The position numbers and the translations under genes were made by a program. The notes under the pieces are model-generated. The model ran no database searches and had not been told where the DNA came from. It saw only the letters and a program-made list of their open reading frames with translations. A stretch of DNA of 60,424 nt, filler included, from Bipalium vagum (taxonomy: Eukaryota), in assembly GCA_037834085.1 (NCBI GenBank). It is 3 parts of 3 records of this genome, joined end to end, with 100 filler letters (N's around TTAATTAATTAA, not from the genome) between each part and the next. Parts side by side here need not be neighbours in the genome. Positions count along the whole stretch, not along the records: positions 1 to 16,396 come from JBBMKC010113207.1; 2 more parts are not named here. One strand, written 5' to 3'. Positions 1-13,900 of this stretch are shown here, piece after piece. Position 1 is the first letter of the stretch; the number at the start of each line of letters is the position of its first letter.

Positions 1-1
1 C

Positions 2-289
2 TATGGACGCTCTTCAAAGGACAACAGAGAAATGAAAATAGAGGATTCTGTGGACGTTTCTTATGGAGAGAAAGATAAGGTTCAAAGTGAAACTTATGAA
101 TTGATATCCATTGTCAATCACGAGGGGTCAGTGAGAGGGGGTCATTATTACAGTTTTGTCAAACACGAAGACCAATGGTACAAAGCAAACGATAGAAGCA
201 TTACTTTGGCTAGCTTTGAAGACGTGAAAAAAGAGAGTGTAAGAAGAAACTACATCAATGTCTATAGGAGAAAATCAATAAATCAGTAA
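2..289 (+). CDS. C-terminal part of a ubiquitin-specific protease (peptidase C19/USP), 5' truncated by the window edge
   Basis: The frame is open from position 2. It contains the USP His-box YELISIVNHEGSVRGGHYYSFVK, WYKAND (WxxxND) and terminal YINVYRR (YxLxYxR). Confidence 0.85.
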   Translation, partial: YGRSSKDNREMKIEDSVDVSYGEKDKVQSETYELISIVNHEGSVRGGHYYSFVKHEDQWYKANDRSITLASFEDVKKESVRRNYINVYRRKSINQ

Positions 290-1991
290 AAAACGAAAAT
301 GAAATAAATTTTTAAAAATATTTTTCTTTTTTTCTCATTTTTTTTTATATAATTTATTAAGGCTTCATTCTGTCTTTTAGATCTTTTTAAACTGTCTTCT
401 AATTTTTCTAAACAAACTTTTCGAAATTTTGGACCTCACCTTTTATTAAAATTAAATTATTAACTTTTTTAAAATTAACCAACATTTATTTAAAATATTT
501 ATTTAAAAACTTTAAAAACGTAACATTATAATTTTTAAAAACTTTTAATTAAAATCCTTTAATAATTGTTATTCGTGGGGTGAGGTCCTTTTTTAAAAAA
601 TTCAAAATAATTAATTGTTCGAATCAATCCTTAAATCTACTATTTCTACTTTTTCCAATTCATTTTTCTTTTTAAATTAAGGGCCAAGCAAAACAAGTAA
701 CACTATTGTACTTTTCTTCTTGTGTGTTTGAAGAAAGAAAAATTTAAAAAAGAATTGTTTCAGATAATGAAAAGAGAGTGTGCCATGTTAATATTAAAGA
801 AAGAAGCAGTGGCTACATCTGACGATAACCTAACGTCTACCCCAAAGTAATACTTAATCCCTGTGATAATGATGTTTATTTGGTGTGATTATCAAGGTAA
901 ATGTAAGTACCTACTGTGAGCAATTAGGATGGCTCGAAGTTGAAAAGAAAAATAAAAGGCAAGGACTGAAAAGATAAATTTTCAAAAGAGTCGATTTTGA
1001 AAGGAGGAGGAGTAAACTGCAATGGACACTTTTTCACATCAAAGTACTCTGCTTTTATTAACATAAGTTTTAATATATTTTTTAAAACTAAGCTCATAAA
1101 ATAGGTTATTTTATAAAAAGAGACCTGAAAAGCTGTTTTTTTTTAAATTTTTTGTTTTTGGTTATTCAGTCTAATTGTACAAACAGAATGAAAAAAGAAG
1201 TTATTTACGAAAATAATATTTAGAATTTTTTTCGTGCTTTTCGGATAAGTAATGATGTTTGAAATCAATGAAAATAAAATGAAGAAATAAACTGTAATTT
1301 CTTCAACTCGGCAATAAATTCCATTCATTTAATTTCTCTGACATTTGGTGTTTATTTTTTAAATTGAACAAGCGCAATAACCGTATTCGAGTTTCTAACT
1401 ACTTACTTTTGGTATTTAACTGCCTTTTCAAATAATAATACTGCCAATTTTCCAATACATTTAAATATTAAAACAAACCCTAATTTTGAAATTTTTTTTG
1501 TCGATATATTGATTTATTACAAAACTATTTTTGGTGTTTATCTTTTATAATTGAATGTTTTACCGATGAAAATCAGAAAAATGAGGAAAACTGACTTATG
1601 AAAAGCAATTTTACCAGGTATGTGTTTCTGAAGCTATGCAAGATCTTTGGATTACATAACAAAAAAACAGATAAAAGAAAAACTTGTTTAAGATTTCTAA
1701 CATCATTACTTATCAGAAAAACTAAAAAAATATAAAAATTCTTTTTGTTCCGACAAACTTTCTTCTGTTTTAGTTTTAATATAATTTTGTTTCCAAAAAC
1801 AATAAAAAACTTTTTAAAAAAGGTTAAGTAAAACGGAGTTTTCTCTGCTATTCTTTACGTCATCCATCTTTTAATACTTTCTTTTTTCTGTTTTCGTTTT
1901 TTGTAATTCAGTCCTGCTTAACTTTCGGTTACACAATACTCATTCTTGTCACTAGGGCTGATTTGACCATCAGAAGGAAGAGAATTTTTTA

Positions 1992-2046
<55 letters not shown>

Positions 2047-2129
2047 TTTTTATAAAATGATGATAATAAAGAAAATAATAAAAAATAATAATATCGATAA
2101 TAATAGTAATGATTATAATAATATTGATT

Positions 2130-2161
<32 letters not shown>
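1992..2161. repeat. (AAT)n microsatellite tracts
   Basis: Perfect AAT runs at about 1992-2046 and 2131-2161. Confidence 0.9.
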
Positions 2162-3746
2162 TTTGTTACTTTTACCAATGGAACGTGAATTTCATTTCAT
2201 GGGAGTAAACATTTTTTTAAAACCTCTAATTTCCTCCTAAAATTGAATAATATTTTTAGGCTCAGTCCCAGATTAGGTAAAATTTCTTAAAATTCGTTTT
2301 TGATTTTCAAAATAAAAAAAAATTATTTAACTTTGAACATTTAAAATTACGCTAAAATACTTTCAGCCAATCTGAGACCCAAAACCCAAGGGAACCTTAA
2401 TAAAAATTCCATTTCGTCGCCATAATATTCGATATTTCTTTCCTGCCTATCGAAAAGTGTTCTCAGTTTATAAAACCCGATGAAGGAATTGTTGAAAAAT
2501 GACGTGAAATAATTTATTTTTTGTTTTAATTAAATAATTACAACTGTTCATTTGATTTTTAATTGAAAAATATAAAATTAAATATTTTTGGCAAAGATAG
2601 CCCAAACAGACACGTATTCCGTTTATTATGTCGACTTCATTCAGTAATAATTATTTCGCCCGAAATTTGTGTGGCTTTGGAAAAAATCAGGAAATTATCC
2701 AGCAAACATTTGGGAGCATAGAGAGACTGGTCCCCGTGCAGGTTCGATCATCAGAAAATTCCCCTTCCATAATATTTAATTATATTTACCCCGAGAGAGA
2801 CGTGGGATGATGAGATTGTAGGAAATTTTAATTAACTTAAAGTTTCCAACACAATTTTATCCCCGAGAAGAAGAAGAAGGGGATTTTCAAATTTTTTTTC
2901 ATTTTTTCGACATGTCAAATTAAAAAAATTGGTGAAAGAATTTTTTGATTTTTTCCCCGATCTTTCTCCCACAATTAACCGCAAGAAATAAAATAACGTC
3001 TCTCATATTTTCGTTCTGGAAGCGTAATTAATTTTATTAATTATTAATTTACGGCTTTTAAGCTGTCAGACATAACGAACGATCTCAGCACGATGAATTT
3101 CGACATTTATATACAAATCTTCTCAATATAAACAGGTTTTAAAACCTTTGATTTATATAGGAACCATTAATCGGTTAGTACAAAAATAATGACCAAATTT
3201 TAGCATGCACTTTAGAATTCAATGACTCAGTTCAAACAAAACTTTATTAATCGAAATATAATGATTCTTTTGAATCCAATCAGTTTTATCAACATTAAAA
3301 AAGAAAAGATTAAATTTAACCTTACTCCATCAATTTCTTTCAATATCCAAAGATATAAGTATCCGTTATTTTAATTTTTATTGATGTAGATCAATAACGT
3401 CAATTTAAAATAGAATTTTTTTAAATAATTCAAATATTTTGTTGACGTAATTTATTCTCGCACCCATTTCAAATTAAATTTATTAAATTTGATGAACATT
3501 AAATTTAAAAATTTGGATAGGTTGGGACATTAGGTGTGTACAATGTTTATAAATATAAATATAACTTTTCATTTACATTTTTGAAAATGGTAACAAGCAG
3601 TAGGATGACAGTAAAAGTTAAAGGTATAGCTGGGGACTATAAAGATATGGATTAATCCACCAGATGGATAGGAGATTTCTATATATTCAAGATCAAATAT
3701 ATCATTGGGAATTTTATAACCGTTTTCATGACTGATGTTCGTCATG

Positions 3747-4690
3747 CACGGTGGTATATAAGTATCCGAACTTTTGATTTAAATCAAAGTTTCATTTGTT
3801 TAAACTAATCTTTAATTTCAAATCACGTCATTCATCTTTGAAAATCATCAAGATTTTTTTTATTCCGATAACAGGTTTGAATTAAATTTGCATTTAAACA
3901 AAGGTATGTATCATGCTTACGTCATAGATTTACAATGAAACAAAGAGCAAATGAATTGCTCCCAAATTTTTCTGGTGATGATTGCATGTCTCGTACAAAA
4001 GTTTATACATGGTTTACAAAATTTAACTAATGGTCGTGATGATTTAAATGACGATGAAAGCCTGGTCGGCGGATGCTGAAAATCGTTCATATTTTGTGAA
4101 AAAGCACATGGAAGCATTGCTTCTAATGGTAAAATGACTGTGAGAATGTTATCAGAAGAATTGAAAACAATTGTCTTTATCATTTTGAAAACTTTAACAA
4201 AAGATTTGAGCAAAAGAAATGCTTGTTTGTTTCCTATGCATTAAATGAAGAACAAAAAACATCTCGTGTTGAATATTGTAAAGATCTCCTGAACACTGCT
4301 GAAAAAAATCCAGACTATATTGACTCAATCATATCTGGTAATGAGACGTGGTGTTTCAAATATGATCCACAAACCATCTTAATGAATGGAAGTAAGTAGA
4401 TGAGCTGAAACCCAAAAGATTGCGTTTTCAAAAATCAAGAATTAAGACAATATTATTACTTTTCATGATTCAAAAGGTTTCGAACATAAAAATTTGTCCC
4501 CGAAGGTCAAACTAGTACTGGGGACTATTCTATTTAAACGTTTCACATCGTTTGTGGTCACGAATTGTTCGGTTTTGGATAAATATCAAGAAGAAAAGCA
4601 GTTGTTTTATTGCACTATAATGCTCCGCCCCACAAGACCATAAAAGTTTGTGAATTTTTGACCAAAAATTGTGTCATTGGACATCCACCA
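3747..4690 (+). mobile_element. Degenerate mariner (DD34D-type) transposon, 3' truncated
   Basis: Frameshifted translation gives GDDCMSRTKVYTWF..GRDDLNDDE, RVEYCKDLL, IISGNETWCFKYDPQT, FQKSRIKT, FVPEGQT, LHYNAPPHK and IGHPP. Confidence 0.85.
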
Positions 4691-4799
4691 AACCCATTTG
4701 AGTTTTTAATTAATTTTTTTAATTTTTAATTTTTTTTATCATACAGATTAAGAGATGAAAAATTGATGAATGAGGTTCTTTAATTTTATTTTTGGCAGA

Positions 4800-5030
4800 A
4801 CAGACTTCTACGGCCTGTGTGTCTCGCGAAATTTGTGATACTGAAGACAAGGTAGTGTTCCAGAAATTCAAGAAAGGCAACACCAACCATAAAGATCAAC
4901 CTATCAAGATCCAAGACTACGGTCAACGGTGGAAAAGGAGATACTGTCTATCAAGGTGAGACAACATTCCTCTTTTAGTAATTGCAGACTGTTGGACGAG
5001 CTGAGTTCTTCACAAAGTCACATTTGATGT
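4800..5030 (+). mobile_element. Mariner 5' (HTH) fragment
   Basis: FQKFKKGNTNHKDQP resembles the mariner WFxxFxxGxxxLxDxPR motif and the fragment at 30950-31250. Confidence 0.5.
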
Positions 5031-6369
5031 CATTTTTAAAATGATGGTTTTTGTATATATCCTCTACCGTATACCCCTTTCTTCAAAAGAGCGGGCGCAT
5101 AACATTTTTTGAGGGTAGCGAGATTTGGTAATATAATGAATATTAAATATATTATTTATTATTAAATATATTTTAATTTTGGGTGTTAAAATATTTTTTA
5201 TTAAAAAATTTCTGTTTTATATCAAATTTGTCGTACAAAAGGCTGCTAAATTAATTAAACAAGCACAAGTGCCATAGATATGATCGACCAGCATGGGTTT
5301 ATGATAAATTTCATTCAATAATTGATTTTTTTCAGTCTATATAAAATTAACCAAATATGGAAGTTCCAGATCTTCGCCGATCGTTCAATATTTGATATTG
5401 CACATGACTTTAAGAGCGCACTTGATTTTCTTTTTGGGATTCCAGTATTGATTAGAATGTCTATTGCATCAGATATATCATCCCAAGAGATCCAATAATT
5501 AGCGTCTTCAGTTGGATATTATAATTAGGTTTTGCAAGTTTAATTTTTTCACAACTTCTGCCAGAAAATCACCAGAGTGGTATCTAGTGACATTGAGCAT
5601 TTGGATCAAGAATGGCTTCAAGTAACTAAAAATCATGAATTATACTTTGAGGAATGACTGTGTTCTTGTTTGACATTTTTTTGAGATTGAATTTATTGAA
5701 TAAGACGCTGATAATATTTGACTCAACCTAAAAAAACTTATTATTACTGTTAATTTTTAATTGATTAACGTTCCTCATTCATTACCGTTCCGCTCATGAC
5801 AAGGTAACAGACATTAAAATAAAAATTGCATATTTTGTACCAGTTCCAAATTATTGCATTAATTTTAGAAAAAAAATATTTTGAATATATTTTTAATTAT
5901 TATGGAAGCAATTAATAAATTAATAATAAAACAAAAAAATCGTCTAATTTATATTTTACTGTTAATTAATTTTTCATGAAAGCGTAAATTAAAATGGAAG
6001 TTTTAATTTGAAAATAATTACGCTTAATTTTTTAGCTTGAAAAATATTTTTTAATTAAAATATATTATTAATATAAAATACACTAATATATAATTCATAA
6101 TATAAATAATATTAAAAAAATGATATTAAATAATAATTAAATAATATTTATATAAAATATCGTAAGATCTCAGAAAGAAAAATTATTGAAATTAATATTC
6201 GGCTGTTCAATATAAAATATCACTTTTTATGATTTGTTTTATTAAGCTAATTTTTATCGTTGTTGAAGTCATTAATTTGAATTTTTACCGGTTATTTTAA
6301 AGTTTAAAAAGGTAATGTTTCTTACATTATATATTTATATTATGATTTTATAATTATTACAGATTTAGA

Positions 6370-6733
6370 TGAATAACTGCCTATTTTAGATCTGTTTGAA
6401 TTTAAACTTGATTATGCTACAATGCAAGCGACTAGGAACATCAGATTATCTTTGAAAATAATGCTTCGGAAGTGCACAGAATTTTACGATAGTTTTAATA
6501 ATTCAAAGATTAAGACTTGTAATGGAGTGGTAGGTCAACTAATTTCGTCAAAAATGACTATTTGAAAGAATTTTTTGAACAAAAGCAACATTTATAACAG
6601 TTCGAGAAATTGCCACTAACCCAGCCAACCATTTAACACATGTACAGAGGTTCATTGCATCTGGATAGACAGAAGAACCGTTTCTAAATTCATATGGCAT
6701 ACAATGTCGTATGTGAGTATCATCTGTTGACAT
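6370..6733. mobile_element. Two converging mariner N-terminal fragments
   Basis: Plus strand LFEFKLDYATMQATRNI; minus strand MSTDDTHIRHCMPYEFRNG (mariner HIRHxxLYEF start). Confidence 0.55.
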
Positions 6734-6902
6734 AGCTTAATAATATAAACTAATCAATTTAGCAAAAATTAAAACAAATAAAAAATATGTCCATTTAATA
6801 ATATTAAAAGAAAACAAAAAAATTAAAAAAATCACCTTATTTAAACAAAATGAATTGAGAAAATGTCAATATAAACATTCCCTAAAGACTTTCTTTTCAA
6901 CC

Positions 6903-6935
<33 letters not shown>

Positions 6936-8608
6936 GTTTATTATTGTTATTTTTATTTGTTATCATTATTATTAAATATTAAAAAAATTGGTTTTAAAAT
7001 TATTATTTGTTATAATTGTCACAAGCAATTATTATTAAGAATTTTTATCAATAAAATCGTACCGAAAAGCCAGTTACAAAAAAAATTTTAATCGATAAAA
7101 TATTAAAGTTTTTTTAAAAGGCCTTAATAAAAAAAATTTGTCCTACCAAAAGATCAAAGAAGCTAAATAAATTTAAATCTTTATTTATTTTTTTCTTTTT
7201 CTTTATTAGTGTATTTTTCTTAAAATCAAAACTTTGAATATAAAATTAATTTTATTTAAAAAAAATAAAAAAATTTTACGACTTATTCTTACACTTATTA
7301 TTTATTTTTTCAGAAAATATATTGAAGAAAAAGAAGGAGAATAAAAAACAGATTTCAAAAAGCTGAAAGAATAATGATATCTTAAGAACAAAAGAAGGAC
7401 CGACCATTTATCGAACCAAAAACAGAAAAAAAAAATCAATTTGACAAATATTTCGGATGAAAATATAAATAAATAATAATTATTTTCTCAAAAATTTTGA
7501 TGTGCATTAATTAATAAATTGTTAATGGAATAAAATTCATTTCTAAACAGTATAAAGCTTTAATTTACATTGTTAAATCGACTGTTCCAAAGTTTTCCCA
7601 CGTGTCTCGAGATGGTTCAATTATATTCCCAAAGATTAAAGGGTACCGAGCGACAAAAGAATAATATAAATAATAATTATATGCATCAATCAGATTATTA
7701 ATTAGAGATAACGTATTTCTGATGAGAGATGTAAATTAAAAACAGAACCATAATTGACACAGCGGAGGATTCCGATCGCAGATATTTATCATTTTTATCA
7801 AATTCCGTAAATAACAATCTTTTTTTGTAATTAATAATTTATTATTATTACTGTTATCATTACAAATATTTTTATCTTTGATAATCAAGATCCAGATGGG
7901 ATTTTTTTCCTCATTATTTATTTACGAAAATCTGAAAAATAAACAAAATTCTATTAAAAGAAAATAAAAAAAATAATTAAAAAATTATAAATTATAATTA
8001 AAAAATTTAAAGAAAAATAAAAAAAAACATTTAATTATGTTTGTTAGGTTAGATCTGCGCTTTTTATTTTTTGATGTTTGAAATCATCGGAAATAAAGAT
8101 TTGATAATAAAATTTATTCAATAATAAACATGTGTTGCTAATGGTTATAAGAATATTTAAACAATTGGGTTATTTTCATTTTATGAAATTCAACTAAAAT
8201 TTTTGTTAAACCTTTAAACAGGTAAATGGGGTTAGTTTATGCTAATTTAAATGTTAGTCTGTTTGATACTTTAATTGAGAGCAATTTTCTAAACCACTGA
8301 TCAATTGCAATTTTTATATTTGTTATATTAATTAAACATTTGTTTAATAGCACCAATAATTTATCTAATTATTGAGTATTATTCTCACATTTAACTACAG
8401 TAAACTTGTGGCAGCCTCGTCATAGTACTGATAATTAATTAAATCTTATAAATAAATATTAGGTTTCGAGCCCGCTCCAAAGTTTCCGATCCAGATATTT
8501 TTGTGTTCGTAGTTCGCATATTTCTTTTGGTAGTGAACTTTTTTTTCTTTAAAGAACCTCTAAGATACTGATAGTAACATAGTACGAGAGTATTTTCTAC
8601 TTTGATTA

Positions 8609-8979
8609 CCGTAGATACTCGAATATAAGTCGAGGTTTTTTTTCTATAAAATTTGATGAAAAAAATGGGGTCGACTTGTATAAGAGTCATAGCAGTTTTA
8701 ACCAATGTAATGGCTTTATTTATGCAATGTATCATGTTGTGTTCATAATTGAATACTGGTTATCATTTATGTTTCGTTTTTTCCTGTTTTTCTCATCATT
8801 ACAGTGCTACGCATGATAAATTTATTTCAATTTTCTCACAGCTTTTTTAGCACGTCGCACACAACTCGCCAGACATATTTTCACCTCGACTTTTATAAGA
8901 TTCCTACGGTTTTTCACAGAATTTCCAATTTTCCCCCTCGACTTATACATGAGGTCGACTTATATTCGAGTAACTACGG
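8609..8979. mobile_element. Non-autonomous Tc1/mariner-superfamily MITE (Tc2/pogo-like CCGTA termini), 371 bp
   Basis: TIRs CCGTAGATACTCGAATATAAGTCGA and the reverse complement CCGTAGTTACTCGAATATAAGTCGA match 24/25. TA flanks both sides, TCGACTT is repeated internally, and there is no transposase. Confidence 0.85.
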
Positions 8980-11850
8980 TAATCGTAAATTATTTGGGGT
9001 ATTTTCACCGTTGGGTATGAAGATTATTGAAATAATAATCATTCATAAATGTGAAAAAATCGATCGATTTTAATTGTAATCACTGATATGAATTCTAAAC
9101 CATTGGTTATTAGGCTTTAAAACAAGCACGACTTTTATAAAACCTTCGGAACCTTAACAGTTCGGATATCTGACATTTCATTTGAGAATAAGTTACTCCA
9201 TTCGACCATAAATAGATGATCTATTTGATTTAGTTTTTGATCGAATATTGTTTTCCTTGCACAGTTTGTAACATTACATCACCACATCACCACATCAATC
9301 CACCTATTGTTGTATTCACCATAGTTTTTTTTATCTAACAATTGCAAGAATCTTCAAATTGATTTTCCTCTATTCAGTTTTTGCTCAATACCCAAATTTA
9401 GATATCGATTTTGTTGTACCTAAACAATATTTAAACAAAATAATAATTTCAACCAACAAAATAACCTAGCAATCAAATTGAGGAAATGTTTATTCATTTA
9501 TTCCAAATTATCAAATTGTATAAAAACCTAACACTGAAGAAATCAATTATAGAAAAAATCGGATCAAGTAAATTTGTTACCATATAATTAAATATGTGGT
9601 TTCAAAGTTACAAAAGGTACACAAATCTCAGTCTTATGAAGACTGGGCCTGAAATAGAGACTTGACACTTCATTTGTGAGTATGTCATTCCATTAGACCA
9701 CCAAAACATTGGTTTTATGATTTGTCTGATTTCAAATTTCAGAGGTACCAACAAAGATCCTCTATCGAATAATTATTGGTTTTTTGGGTATTGGGTATTG
9801 TTACATCGCCATAATAAGCTGTCTGTTGCTGTTTTCGTCGCTGTTAATCTCGTCCTACCATTGTACCAAACGCAGTAGTGTGTATCTATTATAAGGTTTT
9901 GGATCATTAACCAATTGAACATTTCATTTTCGCTGTATGTATGTTTGTATTTTTATCAGTTAAATCTGACACTGCATAATATAATCAATTAAATCTGACA
10001 CCACATTTAAAAATGTTGTGCGAAATTTAATTGAATCACAAATTGCAACACAATTTTTAAAAAATTGTAGTAAATGTTTATTTTGCGTTAAAATGTTTGA
10101 GGATCCAAAGTAATGGATGGGGTTTGGTCAATCAGCTATTAGAGTCATGGTGGAAAAATCTCATATATTTCTCAGAGCGTATTGTTTATCTTCTAATCTT
10201 ATAAAAATATTCTACTGAGGTCATGCTTAGAATTATTTTTGTAAAAAAATTGTTTATTTATTTTCATTTAATTTAAACAAATAATTATTAATAATAAAAT
10301 TCAATTGAAAGTTTAAAAATCATAAACCATTTTAAACAAAAAATAACATAAAATATAATGAAAATAAAATATTTTGAAATTATCAGGACAGGAAAAATAT
10401 TAAGACTTAATTAAATAAATAATAATTTAGAGGAATGTGTAATATTGATAATATTTTAACATTAACCAACACGTTAAATCTGACTCTCAAATCAGTAATA
10501 TGGTTCGGGTCTGTAAATATCCTACGAGTAAAACAATTACGTTAACACCAATAAACTTTATTGAATTTCTATTCAGAAAAAACGAAATAAAATAACCATC
10601 AATGATACAACAATAATCAACACTTCCTCGGATCCCGGAAATTGGGCTTCTTCAACAATACACCTCTTGAAGCTGATTAATCCTTTTCTTCTAGCCAAAT
10701 CCCTTGAGAAGTAGAATCGGATCACACTGTGAAATTCAATATTTTCAATTTTTTATTGATCGAATCTAATAAAATGTAAACAAAAATGAGAATAGTTAAA
10801 ACAATTGTATCTCTCATACTTATATGTGAAAATCATTTTACGTACAAAATTTTATTTAGGTACCTTCAAAATTTCTGATAAAGCCTAAGTAAAGTAGGCT
10901 TACCAAGTTTGCTATCATTATAAATAAACAAATGTGTTACACGATATTTGTTCTATTCATCAAACATCGTCCAATAGTCAACTAAATAAAAACAAAAATA
11001 TTATAGCAGAAAAAATACTTTTCAAAATTATTGAAAGCATTTTCTTTTTTCTAAATCAAAATAATTTATTTAAAACCAATTAAAATTTATTAAAATTAAC
11101 CATTTAATTAAATATTCCGTCTAAAATTAGTCACAACAGTTTCGCTTATAAGCTCGTTTAATTTGTTTTAGTCATTTCATTTTATATAATAAAACGATAA
11201 TTTTTTCTCAAAAGTAACCACGGTCCTCCCCGTTTTTAATAATGAAATATCAATAAAATTTTTATTAATTCACTTTCACTTATAATTGAATTAAATTAAA
11301 TTAATTAAATTTAGTTCATTTACAAATATGAATTTTATTAAAATATAAATTCTTTTAAAAATAAATATGATAATAATAAATTAATAATTTATTTATTATT
11401 TATATTTTTATATAAAATAAAAGGAAAGTAGATGAGACTTAATTAATAAAGGTTTTTTAAAAAACATTTTTAAAAATATCAAGTTTCTAAAAATCCTTAG
11501 GGTTTGGAAAAGATGGTTATGTAATACTTGAGAAGGTTAAACTTTTTAAATTGTTATGTGGAGCATCCCACAATAAACACTTTTTTTTGTGATCATTGCA
11601 TATTGAAATAAAAACATTTAAGTATTGTGATTTTTAATTAATTTCATGTAAAAGATTATAACTGTCGATACAATTTTTACTCTTCTCCCAATTATTATTA
11701 TTATTACTGTTAACTTGCTCGAATTCCATACGAAATAATAAAATAACAATTACTAAAATTTATTTATTTCAAAAATCTGCTGTTTCATAAAAATCAATAA
11801 TTAAAACAATTGTAATTATTGATTTTACTGAATTAATAAGATTACGTAAA

Positions 11851-11986
11851 NNNNNNNNNNNNNNNNNNNNNNNNNNNNNNNNNNNNNNNNNNNNNNNNNN
11901 NNNNNNNNNNNNNNNNNNNNNNNNNNNNNNNNNNNNNNNNNNNNNNNNNNNNNNNNNNNNNNNNNNNNNNNNNNNNNNNNNNNNNN
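11851..11986. other. Assembly gap (136 N)
   Basis: Run of N. Confidence 1.
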
Positions 11987-12879
11987 TACTCTATTTGATT
12001 TAACCAACACAGAAATATTTTATTAATTTAAAATTTTTTATTGTAAAAAAACTTTTTTTTTAACCGATTCACTTAAAGTTTAAATTTATCTCTTGAAAAT
12101 AAATACTCGGCCCTTAATCGAAGACCATTTAAATTTTTGCTGTCTTCCCATTTTTCTCTTTTTGTTTAAAGTTTGCACAGTTGCTAGCTGGCAAACCTCG
12201 GAGGGCTTTAGGACACTAGACTAAGTCTGTGTCTAAAGATATCTGAGCTGTCAGTTAAAATCTTCTAATTAAATGTACTTTAAAGTTTTGTGAAAGATTT
12301 ATAACAATAAGGATTTATTAAACATTTGTTCATTTTTTTTCAACTTGTTTTGTATTGTGATACTGATTTTTTAGTTTTGTGCTTGAACGTTCATTCGTAA
12401 ATCTTTCTGATCTTAAATATTTTGTTAAGTAACCTAAAAAGCCCAATTTCAATCTTCTTAACTTAAAATCAGTCCCTTTCTAGGAACTTAACAGTTAATC
12501 TTTATATTACTATGAAATCTTTCGTAACACTGAGGTTGTTTGTTTACAGATCCTTTCACTTATGTCAATAACAGGATCGATAATAATTGTACAGTCCACC
12601 AAATTATTCTTGTGGCACCAAAAATAATTAAGTCATTTTAATTTATTTAGTGGATAATAAAATTTTTTTATTATGGTACATTAGAATCTAATATTACCAA
12701 TATTACTAATTTTCTAACAATTTTCTGAGGTTTAATCAAAATTTGATTTAATATAAAACTGAATTGTTTAAATATGTCATATAGTAAATTCCCATTAATT
12801 CTTGCCGCAGTATTTGAAAGTTTGTTTATTCAGATCTGATACAAAAAATTAAATATCATAAGAAGAAATATAAATATTA

Positions 12880-13900
12880 AAGGAAAATGCCTTTGTTTTT
12901 ATAATACTAAATTATTATAAGAATATTTATGTAGTAATATGCCTAAATTTTACTCAATGACAAACACTGATAAAGGAATAATCCAGGCGTACAAGAACAC
13001 GGAAATCAATTAGATAAATTGAAAAACAGCTGGGAAAAAATGAAAGTACCACCAGTTGCTATTTGAGAACAAAAAAACGATAAAAGAAGAGACACGGACC
13101 AAAATCAAAGATTTCTGAACCATCGAAGCCCTTGATTGTGAGAGATACTAGCAACAAAAGTATCTGCTTCAAAGATATAAAGCCAAAATAATTTGAATAT
13201 GTCCTTCAAAGGTATACGACAGATATTGAACAAATTTCAAAACACCAGGCTTGAAAATATGTTAGTAAAGCTCCCTTTGAAGCCACAACACAAAATAAGT
13301 CGTATATCATGGGTTAAAGAATGGGAAAATGTCACCTGGAGTGACGAAAAATAATCAATTTGGATGGACCGCATGATTATGCTTATTATTGGCGTGATTT
13401 GCGAAAGGATTAGATATCTTTTTCGAAAGGACACACTGGAGGAGGCTCCCTAACGATTTGTGGTTATTTCAGTTATCATGGGAAATCCACTCTGGCGAAA
13501 ATAACCGGAAACCAAAATTATTATGAGTATCAAAAGCACTTAACAAAACGTCTCCTATTTTTAAAGTCTTTTGGAGAAGAAATATGATAATAGCGTAAGT
13601 TTTCAAACAAGGTTATTGCAAAAGCCATATTGGGCACTACACTTTCCGCGACCGAAACTTAGAAGTTATACCTTGGCTACCTTATTCGCCGGACCTGAAT
13701 CTGCTCGAGAATTTGTGGAGTATACTTGCTCATCGGATCTATGACCAAGGGAAACAGTATCAATCATTAGAGAAACTGAACAATTTCTTAATTCGTTGTT
13801 GGAACGAAATCAACAACTGAGTACTTCAAGCAGTGGTAAATTTTATGCCTAACAGAATTTCTCAAATGATATATTCTCATGGCAGTTGCCCCAATCACTA
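12880..13900 (+). mobile_element. Degenerate Tc1-family transposase, Tc3-like
   Basis: WENVTWSDEK..NLDGPHDYAYYWRDLRK..GGGSLTICG and WLPYSPDLNLLENLWSILAHRIYDQGKQY closely parallel C. elegans Tc3 motifs. Stops and frameshifts are present. Confidence 0.88.

Noticed and set aside
5085-5720. Possible minus-strand Tc1-like relic
   Set aside because: Only faint motif similarity, so boundaries and family cannot be supported.
6855-7091. Poly-Tyr ORF
   Set aside because: Translation of a (TAT)n microsatellite.
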